Assembly: GCA_965226795.1 (NCBI GenBank)
Contig: CBDDDZ010000004.1
Coordinates: forward strand, 640,001 to 704,000
Length of the DNA stretch: 64,000 nucleotides
Source: Candidatus Latescibacterota bacterium
GTDB taxonomy: Bacteria > Latescibacterota > UBA2968 > GCA-2709665
Direction: 5' to 3'
A program made the position numbers and the translations under genes. Of this stretch, positions 1 to 11,423 are shown piece by piece (the stretch's first letter is position 1; every line of letters starts with the position of its first letter). Under the pieces are notes generated by a model. That model was not told the DNA's origin and made no database searches. It was given only the letters and a program-made list of their open reading frames with translations.

Positions 1-2200
1 GCCGGTCTATCCGCCTCGCCTCGTGTCGCTCGGTGCCGATAATATGCAATCCGCAGGGCAACTCCTCCCGGCACCGGTATTCTTCCAGGTGCGGGCACAA
101 CGGGTGACCGCCATTGGCCCCAGGGCCGGGTATCAACGCGCATTGATGCCCTTCCGGCGCCTTGACCACGCCCTCACCCAGCTTGATATCCGTACCGCGC
201 CCCGCCATATTGGTGGCAATGGTCACGGCTGCCGGCTGTCCTGCTCTGGCAACGATCTGGGCTTCCTGCTGGTTGTGGCGGGCGTTGAGCACCGAATGTT
301 TAATCCCCTTTCGCTTCAACATGCGGGATAACAACTCCGATATTTCGACACTGATCGTACCGACGAGTACCGGCAGGTTTATGCCGTTCAACCGCTCTAT
401 CTCATCCACGATGGCGTTATATTTCTCCCGTTTGGTTCTGAAGATCAGATCCTCCGAATCAACCCGCCGCACCGGTTCGTTCGTAGGCATCACCACCACG
501 TCCAGCTTGTAGATCTGAAACAGTTCCGCCGCTTCGGTTTCGGCGGTACCCGTCATCCCCGCCAGTTTGTGGTACAATCGGAAGTAGTTCTGCAAGGTAA
601 TCGTGGCAATCGTCTGGGTGTCCCGTTCCACCTTGACCCGCTCTTTCGCCTCGAGAGCCTGGTGCAGCCCATCCGCGAATCGCCGACCCGGCTGGGGGCG
701 CCCGGTGAAATCGTCTACAATAATCACGTGGCCGCCATCCACGATATACCTTACATCCTTCTCATAGAGCGTATAGGCGACCAGAAGCTGTTGCACACTG
801 TGAATCGCCTCGCTCTTCCGGGCGTAGTCCTGATAGGCGTCGTCCTTAGCCCTGACTTTTTCGTCCGTCGCCAGCGAATCATCCGTTTCGATTTCGTGCA
901 GGACTTCATCCAGGTCCGGCATCACAAAGTCGTCCGGCTTCCTGCTGATCTCGACGCGCCCCGTGTCAGTCAGGTCGATAACGTGACTCTTCTCGTCCAC
1001 GCTGAAGTAGAGACCTTCGTCAATCTCGCCCATTCGCTTGTCGCGCATGTAATCCGACTCAACCCGACCAATCAGGCGTTTGATTCCCTCCTCCTGCACC
1101 AACTTCATGAATCGGCCGTTTTTGGGCATCCCACGCCGAACCTGAAGCAGCCGGACCCCCGCCTCGTATTCCTCTTCGTCGAGAAGTTCCTCCGCTTCGT
1201 TCAAAGTCCCGGTTACAACCCGTGTCTGCGCCCTGACCAACCGCTCCACCAGTGGCCGCATCTCATCGTACCGCTGGTTATCGGCCTCCGCCACCGCTCC
1301 GGAAATGATCAGCGGCGTCCTGGCTTCGTCGATCAATATGCTGTCCGCTTCGTCGATTATCGCGAAATAGTGGTCGCGCTGCATCAGGTCATCCGGGCGA
1401 ACCGTCATATTGTCATAAAGATAATCGAACCCGAACTGGTCCTTCGTGCCATAGATGATATCGGCCCGATAGGCCTCCCGATGATCGCACTCCCGCAGGC
1501 GGTACCCGCCCTTGCCATCCTCCTCGAGGCGATACGCCTCCGCCTCCATGGATCGGTCCTGGATGATGCCCACGCTCATCCCGAGAAAAAGGTAGAGGGG
1601 TCCCAGCCACATGGCGTCCCGCTTTGCCAGGTAGGAGTTCACCGTGACGAGATGCACGCCCCGTCCCGTCAATCCGTTCAAATAAAGCGGCATTCCCGCC
1701 ACCAGCGTCTTGCCCTCGCCAGTGGCCATCTCGGCTATTTTTCCCTGGTGCAGCACGATACCCCCGACCAACTGCACGTCGTAAGGTACCATATCCCAGA
1801 CAATGGATTCCCCCGAACGCTCCCACTGCTTCCCCTCCGCCTTGAAGCGGCGACACGTCTCCTTATAGACCGCATATGCCTCCGGCAATATCCCCTCCAG
1901 AGCCTCCGCCTCAAGTTGCCTGACCTCGTCCTCCAGTTCCGAAATTTCATCCAGCAGCGAGGAACGATCCATTTCGTCCTCACTTTTCAACTCCGCCCGC
2001 AACCGATCCACATGTTCCGTACATTCCTCTGTCGCGTCCTGCAGACTTTGTTTGAACTCAGCCGTCTTGTCGCGCAGACCAGCATCCGAAAGCGCGGAGA
2101 AAGACTTGCAAAGGCCGTTAATTCTGTCCACCATCGGCCAGAGTTTCTTCAGATCCCGATCGTATTTGGTCCCGAAGACTTTTTTGATCACACCCATCAT
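1..2200 (-). CDS. secA: Preprotein translocase ATPase SecA, runs off the left edge of the window
   Basis: Manual minus-strand translation from ATG 2200 (MMGVIKKVFGTKYDRDLKK) gives AEMATGEGKTLVA, HLVTVNSYLAKRD, DEADSILIDEARTPLIISG and LAGMTGTAETE. Absent from the ORF track because there is no stop in the window. Confidence 0.97.
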   Translation of the reverse strand, partial: MMGVIKKVFGTKYDRDLKKLWPMVDRINGLCKSFSALSDAGLRDKTAEFKQSLQDATEECTEHVDRLRAELKSEDEMDRSSLLDEISELEDEVRQLEAEALEGILPEAYAVYKETCRRFKAEGKQWERSGESIVWDMVPYDVQLVGGIVLHQGKIAEMATGEGKTLVAGMPLYLNGLTGRGVHLVTVNSYLAKRDAMWLGPLYLFLGMSVGIIQDRSMEAEAYRLEEDGKGGYRLRECDHREAYRADIIYGTKDQFGFDYLYDNMTVRPDDLMQRDHYFAIIDEADSILIDEARTPLIISGAVAEADNQRYDEMRPLVERLVRAQTRVVTGTLNEAEELLDEEEYEAGVRLLQVRRGMPKNGRFMKLVQEEGIKRLIGRVESDYMRDKRMGEIDEGLYFSVDEKSHVIDLTDTGRVEISRKPDDFVMPDLDEVLHEIETDDSLATDEKVRAKDDAYQDYARKSEAIHSVQQLLVAYTLYEKDVRYIVDGGHVIIVDDFTGRPQPGRRFADGLHQALEAKERVKVERDTQTIATITLQNYFRLYHKLAGMTGTAETEAAELFQIYKLDVVVMPTNEPVRRVDSEDLIFRTKREKYNAIVDEIERLNGINLPVLVGTISVEISELLSRMLKRKGIKHSVLNARHNQQEAQIVARAGQPAAVTIATNMAGRGTDIKLGEGVVKAPEGHQCALIPGPGANGGHPLCPHLEEYRCREELPCGLHIIGTERHEARRIDR

Positions 2201-2285
2201 AAGCGGTTATCCACTTTCTAACGACAATCCATGGGATTTGCCTGCAAACACCCACCTGTTGCCGGTCGTCACACCGGTACCTGGT

Positions 2286-3008
2286 TTATCTGCCCACGGC
2301 AAGGCGTTCCGCCAGAATACCCGGAAGACCGGCGTCCCGGATCTTGGCCTGCGCCAGGGATATGTCATAACACACACGGCAGAGATGCATCTCGTCGGCG
2401 GCCCGGTCCCACATCACAAATGCCGCTCGGGGGTCCCTATCTCGCGGCTGCCCCACGCTGCCCGCATTAACGAGATACCGCAGGGAGGCTTCCACTTTCA
2501 CCGAGCCTTCCCCCAGAATCTCCACGTCTCCGCCCTCGGAACAGATGAACGCGTGGTGAGAATGGCCAACGAAACAGATGCGCGCATTCGTATGGACCAG
2601 ACACATCCGGCCCTCATTCGGACAGCGGATATAGGGAAATGTATCCGGACGGTCCGGCGACGCGTGCGCGTACAGCACCATGTCTTCCTGTACGGTTAAC
2701 GGCCGTCCTTCAAGGTACGCCACGTGGTCTTTGCTTAACTCCGCCGCCGTCCACCGGATCGCGGCCAGCGCGGCGGGGTTGAAGTTGCGTGCGTACCGGA
2801 GAGACACGGCAGCCCGATCGTGATTGCCGGCGAGCACCGTCTCGGCCACGGCCCGCACTTTTGCAATACAGGCATTCGGATCGGCGCCGTACCCCACCAT
2901 GTCTCCCAGACAGACCACACGGTCCGCATGCATTCCTGCGCACCGTTCCAGCACGGACTGAAGCGCCTCTAAATTGCCATGGATATCGGAAATGATCGCG
3001 ATGCGCAT
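2286..3008 (-). CDS. Calcineurin-like metallophosphoesterase
   Basis: Motifs SDIHGN, LGDMVGYG, GNHD, GHSH, NAGSVGQPRD. Confidence 0.92.
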   Translation of the reverse strand: MRIAIISDIHGNLEALQSVLERCAGMHADRVVCLGDMVGYGADPNACIAKVRAVAETVLAGNHDRAAVSLRYARNFNPAALAAIRWTAAELSKDHVAYLEGRPLTVQEDMVLYAHASPDRPDTFPYIRCPNEGRMCLVHTNARICFVGHSHHAFICSEGGDVEILGEGSVKVEASLRYLVNAGSVGQPRDRDPRAAFVMWDRAADEMHLCRVCYDISLAQAKIRDAGLPGILAERLAVGR

Positions 3009-3234
3009 GAGGGCAATACGGGCGGAGAGGAACGGTCGCCCCGTATCGGTTATCCTGCGTGAAAGCGCCAGAACACGACTGGGATCGATACCGGCTGAAC
3101 GTTACAGCCGGAAGCGACACCCTCAATTTCCACTGGGACGTGGAACCGTCTTTTCCACGGAACCCGCTGCGGCGTTTTCTCATCTGGAAAGGAATGCCTG
3201 TCCGAAACGCCCGATGCCGTCGGCTCTTTCCATC

Positions 3235-3663
3235 CTAATCTGCGGTTTCTGGCATTATACCCTGTTGCCTGACCAGCGCATCCAGTATTCCGTTGATAAA
3301 CGTCGGCGCCTTCTCAACGCTGTACCGCTTTGCGAGTTCAATGGCTTCGTTCATCGAGACCCTGACCGGGATATTGTCGAATGCCAGCATTTCGGTAAGC
3401 GCCATCCACAGGAGGATCCGATCGATTCTCGAGATGCGTTCCAATGCCCAGTTCCTTAAAATCCCCTCAACCATACGGTTAAGTTCGTCTTTCCGCGTCC
3501 AGGTCTCCCGACCCAGCGCCTGTGCGAATTCGGCCGCATCCTCTGACAGCTCCGCGCGAACCGCCATGGCATGGAGCGTCTGATGCACGGGGTCTCCCGA
3601 ACTCTCGCTCCAATATAGCGCCTGCAGCGCAACTTCGCGGGCTTTTCGGCGTGAACCCGTCAT
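3235..3663 (-). CDS. nusB: Transcription antitermination factor NusB
   Basis: [13 protein letters not shown] and [11 protein letters not shown]...FINGILD; follows ribH with a 4-bp overlap. Confidence 0.95.
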   Translation of the reverse strand: MTGSRRKAREVALQALYWSESSGDPVHQTLHAMAVRAELSEDAAEFAQALGRETWTRKDELNRMVEGILRNWALERISRIDRILLWMALTEMLAFDNIPVRVSMNEAIELAKRYSVEKAPTFINGILDALVRQQGIMPETAD

Positions 3664-4139
3664 GCCTCGTCTTCTTTCCAGGATGCCAGCAGATTCGCCA
3701 TCTCGACGGCGCCCAGGGCAACTTCCCATCCCTTGTTGCCGGCCTTGGTCCCCGCCCTTTCGATTGCCTGTTCGATGGTATCGGTTGTCAGCACGCCAAA
3801 CAGGCACGGAACACCCGATTCCAGCCCTACCGACGCAATGCCCTTGGAGACCTCATTGGCCACGTAATCGAAATGGGGTGTACTCCCGCGAATCACGGCA
3901 CCCAGACAGATCACCGCGTCGTAGCACCCGCTGCGTGCCATCTTCTGAGCCATCAGCGGGATCTCGAACGAACCCGGAACCCAGGCCACGTCCACGTTCT
4001 CCGGTTCGCATCCATGCCGCTTCAGACAATCCTCGGCACCGTCCAGCAACTGCTTGCTAATCAGCGCGTTGAATCGACTTACCACAATACCGAAGCGTTT
4101 GCCGTCCGCACTCAATCCACCTTCAAACACTCTGGCCAT
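3660..4139 (-). CDS. ribH: 6,7-dimethyl-8-ribityllumazine synthase
   Basis: [37 protein letters not shown]. Confidence 0.97.
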   Translation of the reverse strand: MARVFEGGLSADGKRFGIVVSRFNALISKQLLDGAEDCLKRHGCEPENVDVAWVPGSFEIPLMAQKMARSGCYDAVICLGAVIRGSTPHFDYVANEVSKGIASVGLESGVPCLFGVLTTDTIEQAIERAGTKAGNKGWEVALGAVEMANLLASWKEDEA

Positions 4140-5397
4140 ACGTTCCCTCCGGGGCGCCATCGACCAACTTCAGATCTTCTTCGTCAAATAAGTGTCCCAT
4201 CTTCTTCTGTTTGGTGCGTAAATACCGGATATTCCATGGCGTTGGAACAATCTTGACAGGCACTCGCTCCACGATCTCGATTCCATACGCCTCCAGCCCC
4301 ACCCGCTTGGCCGGATTGTTGGTGATCAGTCGCGCCTTTCTGATGCCCAGATCCAACAGGATCTGCGCACCGATGCCGTAATCCCGCTCGTCCATCTTGA
4401 ATCCCAGCTTCAGATTCGCCTCCACCGTATCGTAGCCTTCCTCCTGAAGCTGGTAGGCGTGTATCTTTTCGCGAAGGCCGATACCGCGGCCCTCCTGCCG
4501 CATGTAGACAACGGCACCGCGCCCCTCCCGTTCAATCAACTCGATCGCTGAATGGAGGTTCGTGCTGCAGTCGCACCTTAGCGACCTGAACGTGTCGCCG
4601 GTCAGACACTCGGAGTGCATCCGAACCAGCACGGGATCACCCGTCGACAGGTCTCCCTTGGTCAGTGCCACGTGTTCCCGCCGGTCGACTTCGCTTTCGT
4701 AAAGGTGCAACTTGAACTCGCCGAACTGGGTGGGGAGGCGCACGGTCTCCAGGCATCCGACCAGCTTTTCCGATCGGCGGCGATATGCAATCAGATCGCG
4801 AATTGTGATAATCTTCAGGTTGAACTGACGAGCCATTTCCATCAGCTGCGGCAGCCGGGCCATCGTCCCGTCCGAATTCAATATTTCGCACAGGACACCC
4901 GCCGGATAGAGGCCGGCGAGCCTCGCCAGGTCCACCGTCGCCTCCGTGTGCCCCGCTCGGCGCAATACACCTCCTGGACGGGCACACAGAGGAAAGACGT
5001 GCCCGGGTCTGGCAAAATCAGGTGGCCGGGCGCCCGGGTCCACAAATCGCTGTATTGTGACCGCCCGATCCTGCACCGAAATCCCGGTGGTGGTGCCCTC
5101 TACCGCGTCGATGCTGACCGTGAAAGGCGTTCCGTGCAACGCTGTGTTTCTGCCCACCATCATCTCCAGCTCCAACTCCCGCAGTCGCTCCGGCGTTGCC
5201 GGCAGGCAGACCAGCCCGCGCCCGTGAAGGGCCATGAAATTGATAATTTCAGGCGTGACTTTTTCCGCCGCTGTGATCAGGTCCCCTTCGTTTTCCCGGT
5301 CCTCATCGTCCACGACGATAACCAATTTTCCCGTCCGAATGTCGTCCAGCGCCTCTTCGATGGACGCAAAACAGAACCCGTTGTCGATTTCAGACAT
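4123..5397 (-). CDS. ribBA: Bifunctional DHBP synthase / GTP cyclohydrolase II
   Basis: [35 protein letters not shown]...[11 protein letters not shown]. Confidence 0.97.
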   Translation of the reverse strand: MSEIDNGFCFASIEEALDDIRTGKLVIVVDDEDRENEGDLITAAEKVTPEIINFMALHGRGLVCLPATPERLRELELEMMVGRNTALHGTPFTVSIDAVEGTTTGISVQDRAVTIQRFVDPGARPPDFARPGHVFPLCARPGGVLRRAGHTEATVDLARLAGLYPAGVLCEILNSDGTMARLPQLMEMARQFNLKIITIRDLIAYRRRSEKLVGCLETVRLPTQFGEFKLHLYESEVDRREHVALTKGDLSTGDPVLVRMHSECLTGDTFRSLRCDCSTNLHSAIELIEREGRGAVVYMRQEGRGIGLREKIHAYQLQEEGYDTVEANLKLGFKMDERDYGIGAQILLDLGIRKARLITNNPAKRVGLEAYGIEIVERVPVKIVPTPWNIRYLRTKQKKMGHLFDEEDLKLVDGAPEGTYGQSV

Positions 5398-5457
5398 GAA
5401 GTGCCGCTCCCGGCAAAGTGACGAAGAGATATGTACAAATCTCAACCCGTGCGAATC

Positions 5458-6114
5458 TCATTGAACCCCTTCTCTTTCACTACCGTACACGATGTCCTGC
5501 GTTGCCGACAATTCCCCATTGGCCGCGTGGCGGCCTGTCAACCTATCCAGATACCGCGCCACCATGTCCACCTCCAGATTCACAGTGTCGCCGACCCGGC
5601 GTTCACTGATCGTTGTCGCTTCCATCGTATGCGGAATCACCGACACCGTGAAGTCGCGTGCGCCTGCGGACACAACCGTCAGGCTGATCCCGTCTACGGC
5701 TATCGAACCCTTATCAGCCACGAACGGGGCGAGTTCGGCCGGCATCCCTATCCGGAACACGACGTTGTCCGCCCATCGCCGCCGCTCAAGCACCCGGCCC
5801 AACCCATCCACGTGTCCGGACACCAGATGGCCACCCAGGCGATCCGACAGTTTTAGCGATCGTTCCAGATTCACCCGGTCGCCCGTTTTCAACTTTCCCA
5901 TGGTCGTCCGCTCCAGGGTCTCCGATACGGATTCGAATGAAAACCCCTGCCGCCCCACTTCGACAACGGTGTGGCAGGCGCCGTCGATCGAGATGCTATC
6001 GCCAATCGCAACATCCGCCAGCACGTGCTTCACTTCCAGTGTCGTTCGCTGATACCCCGTCCGCCTCTGAACCGTACGCACCAGCCCCACTTCCTCGACA
6101 ATTCCCGTAAACAT
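5458..6114 (-). CDS. ribE: Riboflavin synthase alpha chain
   Basis: MFTGIVEE start, [31 protein letters not shown]. Confidence 0.96.
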   Translation of the reverse strand: MFTGIVEEVGLVRTVQRRTGYQRTTLEVKHVLADVAIGDSISIDGACHTVVEVGRQGFSFESVSETLERTTMGKLKTGDRVNLERSLKLSDRLGGHLVSGHVDGLGRVLERRRWADNVVFRIGMPAELAPFVADKGSIAVDGISLTVVSAGARDFTVSVIPHTMEATTISERRVGDTVNLEVDMVARYLDRLTGRHAANGELSATQDIVYGSEREGVQ

Positions 6115-6189
6115 CAAGCCCATCCTTTCGGGGGCCACGGCGTTCGGGAAATCAGAGACACACCAAACAATGAGTCCTGGTTTGGCGTT

Positions 6190-7302
6190 CTATTCCGCGG
6201 CCCATGGCGTCCGTGTCGGAACCGCATCGTCTTTCACCCGTGCCGTGTAGAATAAATCGGGTCCGGTCCAATCCACGTCGACCTCGTTGAGACGAATCGC
6301 ATCGGCCATTCTTGTTATCCCCAGATCGCCCACCGAGGCAATCCCTTTACCCAGAATCGCGGGGGCGATAAACACTGCCAGCCGGTCGACCAACCGGTCT
6401 CGCATGGCGGACGCCGCCACGGCACCCCCGCCTTCGATCAACATATGGGTGATTCCTTCGTTGCCCGCCCGGGAAAGCACGTCTCGAAGCAAGGGCCTTC
6501 CATTTATCTGCGAACAGACCCACACGCGTGCGCCGCATTTTTCCATCGCTTCGATTTTTTTTTTTGATACACCTTCCGCCGCGGCAAGAATCAGAGGCGC
6601 CCCGTCGAATACCTTCGCCCCTCTTGAAATCTCAAGGCGACTGTCCAGCACGATTTTTACCGGATCGACACCGTCCAGATGCCGGACAGACAGCGCCGGA
6701 TCGTCCGCGTCGACCGTCCCCCGCCCAACCATAACCGCCGTTGCTTCGGCACGCAGCCCGTGCGCCCGTGTTCGGGACACATCCGAGGAAATCCATTTCG
6801 ATTCGCCCAATGCGGTCGCAATCCGACCGTCGAGGGTCTGGGCCAGCTTCAGAGTGACAAAAGGAAAACCCGTCGTCCGGTGTTTTATAAAAGCCTCGTT
6901 GAGTCGTCGTGCCTCTCCTTCGAGCACACCGACCTCCACCCGTATGCCCGCCTCGCGCAACCGGTCGATACCTCGGCCTGAAACCCGTCTATCCGGATCC
7001 ACCATTCCGCACACAACCCGCACGACCCCTTTTTTTATCAATAAATCGACACACGGCGGCGTGAGGCCGGTATGGGCGCACGGTTCAAGCGTCACATAGA
7101 GCGTGACGTCCGGCGTTCCGTCCGCCACGCCTTCAAGCGCATAGACCTCAGCGTGTGATTTTCCCGACTCAGGATGATAACCCTTTCCTACAATGTGCCC
7201 GTTCCGGACCGCCACCGCGCCCACCAGCGCACCGTCCCTAACCCGGCCGCGTCCTTTTTCAGCCAAAGACAACGCCAGCCGCATATTATCCACATCCGTC
7301 AT
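6190..7302 (-). CDS. ribD: Riboflavin biosynthesis deaminase/reductase RibD
   Basis: HAE and TLEPCAHTGLTPPC zinc motifs; KLAQTLDG, SKWIS and IEGG reductase motifs. Confidence 0.95.
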   Translation of the reverse strand: MTDVDNMRLALSLAEKGRGRVRDGALVGAVAVRNGHIVGKGYHPESGKSHAEVYALEGVADGTPDVTLYVTLEPCAHTGLTPPCVDLLIKKGVVRVVCGMVDPDRRVSGRGIDRLREAGIRVEVGVLEGEARRLNEAFIKHRTTGFPFVTLKLAQTLDGRIATALGESKWISSDVSRTRAHGLRAEATAVMVGRGTVDADDPALSVRHLDGVDPVKIVLDSRLEISRGAKVFDGAPLILAAAEGVSKKKIEAMEKCGARVWVCSQINGRPLLRDVLSRAGNEGITHMLIEGGGAVAASAMRDRLVDRLAVFIAPAILGKGIASVGDLGITRMADAIRLNEVDVDWTGPDLFYTARVKDDAVPTRTPWAAE

Positions 7303-7351
7303 ATACCACCCAGTGTCGCCGGGACCGGGAATCCCGGAACGTGGAAGGGCT

Positions 7352-9433
7352 CTACTTCAAATCTACCGTCGCCTTGCCAACCCCCACGTTTCCCAGCGAG
7401 TCGGTCACACGGACGACCACCGTGTATTCTCCCGCAGTCAGCTCTGGAATTTCAAAACGCAGGGTTTCGGTCCTGGAATCGAAAATCCGATCTACAGGAA
7501 AAACCACCTTCCAGTCTCCAGAATTCACCGCATAGTCCGCCTTCCAGAGAGGGCTCGCAGCGTCGTTCAGCGAACCCTCGACGACTATGGACCTGTCCGC
7601 AGCCGGCCGTATCTGCAGCCGCACAGCGGGTGGCGTGTGGTCAAGATCGAACGGCTCGCTTACTTTTTCGCCAACCAGCGCGAGTTCTTCCGGATTGTTC
7701 AACCGGTCGGACGCCACCACCCTGACAAGCATCGTGCCTTCGGGGGCAGATTCGGTATGCCACTCGTAGGAATTGGCAAGCAGGTCCTCCTTCAGGAGTT
7801 TCCACTCTTTCTCGGAGCGACCCCGATAATACAACGCGTACACCAGTCGGTCGTCGTTTGCGTCTGCCGCTTTCCAGGAGATTCGCCAGACACCTCTCGC
7901 GTTACCGGGCGCCTGCCGGCCCTTTCCGGCGTCCTGAGGCGGAGCGCCGTTACCCTGGGCCTCAAGGGGCGAGACGACGAGTGCAAGCACCTGCGGGCCC
8001 ATGTTTTCCTGGAGGCCCACCAGACTCACTTCTCGAATCATCGGTGTGGTCGCGCCCGTTACCGAACTCAACTCGGCCCGATACTGCAGGAATCGGGCAG
8101 GCGGACTCGATATCTGACCACCCTGGGCGGCTGAAGACCATTCACTCCAGGTATTGTCCGGTTTTTCGCTGTTTCCCGACCGCGTCTGGAATTGAATCGA
8201 CGCATCCTGTGCGGGTTCTGAATCCCACCGGATCTTACCCCATCTGGAGACCAGGAAGAAATCTCTCGCCCTGGATTCCAACCTGCCTTCGCGTGTGTGT
8301 GCCTTCCCCAACCGGTACACTTTTCCAGCACCCGCGGTTCCCACCCAGAACTCCCCGGATCCGGACCTGCAGAATGCCCACGGCTGTACGTCTTTCAGAC
8401 GGGTCAACAGGGTTGCCCGACCATTCAGGTCCACGCGATAGATGCTCCCCCTGTCTCCCGTCAGCGCGGTAATTTCCCGATCGTCGACGTCCAATGCAAG
8501 AAGCATCGGCTCATCCACCTCCCAAAGACGAACCGTCGCACCCGAGGGCCGTATGGCATACAACACGGAAGCCTGTTGCGAGGAAGAGGATCCCTGACCC
8601 TTGGCGGCTGGCTGGGACCCGCCCTTTCCGCTCCCCTTGGAACGCTTGGACATCGCGCCCGCGAACAGGATCCCGTCCGGTCCCATCGCAAGCGCATGAA
8701 TTTCATCTTCCGCCGCATCGTAAAGCACTTCAACTCGTCCCTTTGCATTGACCCGATAGACCAGACCACTCTGATCCGTACCCGCGTACACCTGCCCGTC
8801 GGCGTCCCGAATCAGCGAAACCACATTGTGGTCTTCGCTCTTATAAACCTCGTCGACCTTTCCGGCCGCGGAAATACGCAGGATGCGTCCGTGTCTGCCG
8901 CCGGTGGCCGCGTACAGGCCTCCCTGTCCATCCACCACCAACACCCAGACGTGTTCGTCTCCGGTTCGACAAAACATCTCAGGCTCTTTGCCAGGAACAA
9001 CCCTGTATACAATCCCGTCCGGGGAGGATCCGGCAAAAAGTGTTCCGGCCGGTCCGACGGCGAGACTGAAAATGGCCACCTCGGGAGAATCAAAGAGAAG
9101 CACCGGCTCACCAGCGCCATCAAACGCAAAGATCTTTCCGCTATTACCCGTCCCAATATACAGACGGCCACCTCGCCCCTCCGCAAGCGCCCACACGAAT
9201 TCTTCGCCCGTATCCGCTGCGGCTTGAAGCTCCGGCGCGAGCAACACCATGCCCTCTCTGGTTATCGAGACGCCGTCGGCTTCGCCCCTGGCAAACGATT
9301 CCTGCGAATGGTCGCGCCAGACGATCGGCTCGACGCCGTCTGATGAACCCGGCAGGCAGCCTAGAACGAAACAAAGGCCCATAAATAATACACGAAACTT
9401 CGCATGTCCGTTTTCTCGATCCAACAGCCTCAT
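7352..9433 (-). CDS. Secreted beta-propeller repeat protein with C-terminal Fn3/Ig-like region, function unknown
   Basis: Signal-peptide-like N-terminus; repeated blades (LYIGTG, LFAGSS, LYAATG, VYAGTD); Ser/Gly linker; lies downstream of the S55 peptidase. Confidence 0.75.
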   Translation of the reverse strand: MRLLDRENGHAKFRVLFMGLCFVLGCLPGSSDGVEPIVWRDHSQESFARGEADGVSITREGMVLLAPELQAAADTGEEFVWALAEGRGGRLYIGTGNSGKIFAFDGAGEPVLLFDSPEVAIFSLAVGPAGTLFAGSSPDGIVYRVVPGKEPEMFCRTGDEHVWVLVVDGQGGLYAATGGRHGRILRISAAGKVDEVYKSEDHNVVSLIRDADGQVYAGTDQSGLVYRVNAKGRVEVLYDAAEDEIHALAMGPDGILFAGAMSKRSKGSGKGGSQPAAKGQGSSSSQQASVLYAIRPSGATVRLWEVDEPMLLALDVDDREITALTGDRGSIYRVDLNGRATLLTRLKDVQPWAFCRSGSGEFWVGTAGAGKVYRLGKAHTREGRLESRARDFFLVSRWGKIRWDSEPAQDASIQFQTRSGNSEKPDNTWSEWSSAAQGGQISSPPARFLQYRAELSSVTGATTPMIREVSLVGLQENMGPQVLALVVSPLEAQGNGAPPQDAGKGRQAPGNARGVWRISWKAADANDDRLVYALYYRGRSEKEWKLLKEDLLANSYEWHTESAPEGTMLVRVVASDRLNNPEELALVGEKVSEPFDLDHTPPAVRLQIRPAADRSIVVEGSLNDAASPLWKADYAVNSGDWKVVFPVDRIFDSRTETLRFEIPELTAGEYTVVVRVTDSLGNVGVGKATVDLK

Positions 9434-9574
9434 CTCCTATCCTTACGCAATAGCTCTTCGCTGTCAGTTACCCCCGCCAGGCCGCGTGCGGTCCATCCGT
9501 TGCTGGCGCGCCAATGCGGGTTCGCGACGGGTTCGTTCCGGCCGGGCGTCTGGCGATGGCGTTCCCGGGATTGG

Positions 9575-11380
9575 CTATTTCCCTTTATCGCCAGCGCTTC
9601 CACCCTCGGCAAAAACGACGCCATTCCGTTTCCTGTTGACATTCAGTACGACGACCTGACTTCCGGAAAGCACATAGTCCGTGGGAATTCGAGCCCTTTG
9701 CACAACGGTCTGCAGAACCCGTTTTACCGCATCCGACGAACGGGAAAACTGAAGCACCGAAAGCACCGAGGACGGCAGCCTTGACACCTCCCGTCCCTCG
9801 ATCGTCACTCCCAGGGCGCCGGACAGCAACTCAACGACCATCTCGTTGTTCCGGCCCACCCGCCCCAACAGGCGGATAAGATGATCCAGATCTCTGGCAT
9901 TATATTCACCCGGCGCTCGCTTGGCCTCCTGTTTGCCGTGGGCGGATGCGCTGGAAACCCTGAGAATCAACCGGCCGCCCGGTGTTTGATTCGGAATGAC
10001 CAGCGCCTCCTGCACTTCCTCCAGGCCGCCCCAATAGGGCTTTAAAGAAACCGTGACGCGCACCGTATCGCCAGGCTGGAACGATGTCTTCTGCAAACCA
10101 ATTGACTTGATGCGGGCAGTGTGCGCCCGCTCAGCTTCAACATCCAGGTCGAAGGTAACCCGCTCGATCTTAACCGGCTCAAATGGATTCCGGATCAGCT
10201 TTGCAAGCGGCGTGGTAACCCCCAGCACGGCATTACTCAGCCCCAGCGGTCCGGCATAGACGTTTTCGGCCTCCACTGATGGACGTCCGTTCAGGTCAAT
10301 TCGCACACGGGACTTCACCGTTACCTCTCCCGTCAGCTTCTCGGACGAAATCATCGCGCTGAATACCGCCATTCTCAACAGAGTGGGGCTGAGATCGCGG
10401 TTTCGCAGAACCTCCATCCGGAACTGCGCCTGCTTGCCCGGGGAACGCAAATTGATCTGCGCCGGCATCATGTCCACCTCGAGGCCGATGGTGCCCGCTA
10501 TGCCGGGCGCGCGGTCCTGAACGATGGCACCTATGGTTTCCCCGACCACACCCAGCTTGAAGGACGCGTATTGACTGGGCAACACTTCGTGAATATAGGC
10601 TGCCGTCATCGGCAACGCCGTGGCGCCGCCGAAAATCATGGAATGCCCGAAACCGACCACGCGGTCTCCGTCGCGATGGGTCAGCGTTCCGATTCCCGTA
10701 ACGCTGAGATCACCACGTACCAGCTGCACACCCATGGCTGCGCCCGGTTCGAACGCACCTGAAGGCAGACCAGGATCCATTCCACCTCCGCCCTGAACCG
10801 GCGTCCATCCCATCCTCGAAAATTCATGTCGGAATTCAGCCACCGCCTGCCGTGCGAAACCGGAGATCACGATCGGCAGGCTGATCGGCGTCAACTCAGC
10901 CGCATTCATCCCCGTCAGATCGACCAGACGGCGCGCGCCGGTTTCCGTCAATCGGGCCGCCGAACTGACGCCCTCTGGCGCTGATGGTCGATTGAACAGA
11001 TCAACCATGGCCGCGATTGGCGTTATCCCGGCGATGGGTTCTTTAGCAAAGGCGCCAACTCGATACGATACCGCTCCTACCAACTTACCATCGATATAAA
11101 CCGGGCTGCCGCTCATCCCCAGGATCACCCCTGTATTCGACAGGGGGCCGCCGGACAGCCGGGCGAGAATCAGGTCGCTTCGTGGACCGATCGCGTTGTG
11201 CAGCACACCCAGGATTTCGACCTGAAACGTATCGATCCGCGTGCCCTGGAAGACCGTCCGGCCGATACCCCGCATGCCTCTCCGGAGCTCTTCGACGGGC
11301 ATGGTCGCCACGGTCCCCCAGGAATTGCCGACAATTATGCCCGACAGCAAAGCGGGGAGCGTTATTTTCAGTAGGCGCAT
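9575..11380 (-). CDS. SpoIVB-family (S55) serine peptidase, exported
   Basis: Signal peptide MRLLKITLPALLSGIIVG; GMRGIGRTVFQG; catalytic GMSGSPVY; FGHS. The track ORF is over-extended upstream. Confidence 0.85.
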   Translation of the reverse strand: MRLLKITLPALLSGIIVGNSWGTVATMPVEELRRGMRGIGRTVFQGTRIDTFQVEILGVLHNAIGPRSDLILARLSGGPLSNTGVILGMSGSPVYIDGKLVGAVSYRVGAFAKEPIAGITPIAAMVDLFNRPSAPEGVSSAARLTETGARRLVDLTGMNAAELTPISLPIVISGFARQAVAEFRHEFSRMGWTPVQGGGGMDPGLPSGAFEPGAAMGVQLVRGDLSVTGIGTLTHRDGDRVVGFGHSMIFGGATALPMTAAYIHEVLPSQYASFKLGVVGETIGAIVQDRAPGIAGTIGLEVDMMPAQINLRSPGKQAQFRMEVLRNRDLSPTLLRMAVFSAMISSEKLTGEVTVKSRVRIDLNGRPSVEAENVYAGPLGLSNAVLGVTTPLAKLIRNPFEPVKIERVTFDLDVEAERAHTARIKSIGLQKTSFQPGDTVRVTVSLKPYWGGLEEVQEALVIPNQTPGGRLILRVSSASAHGKQEAKRAPGEYNARDLDHLIRLLGRVGRNNEMVVELLSGALGVTIEGREVSRLPSSVLSVLQFSRSSDAVKRVLQTVVQRARIPTDYVLSGSQVVVLNVNRKRNGVVFAEGGSAGDKGK

Positions 11381-11423
11381 CACGACACAGACCCTTTCTC
11401 GTAAAACAGTATTGAAGCCACGG

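Noticed and set aside
569..2221. 550-aa plus-strand ORF and many other long antisense ORFs (e.g. 8297-9343, 25068-26474, 33037-34311, 46178-47380)
   Set aside because: They are shadows of real genes on the opposite strand in GC-rich DNA and carry no recognisable motifs.
7303..7351. FMN riboswitch ahead of the rib genes
   Set aside because: The spacer is too short and no FMN consensus was seen here or upstream of the S55 gene.
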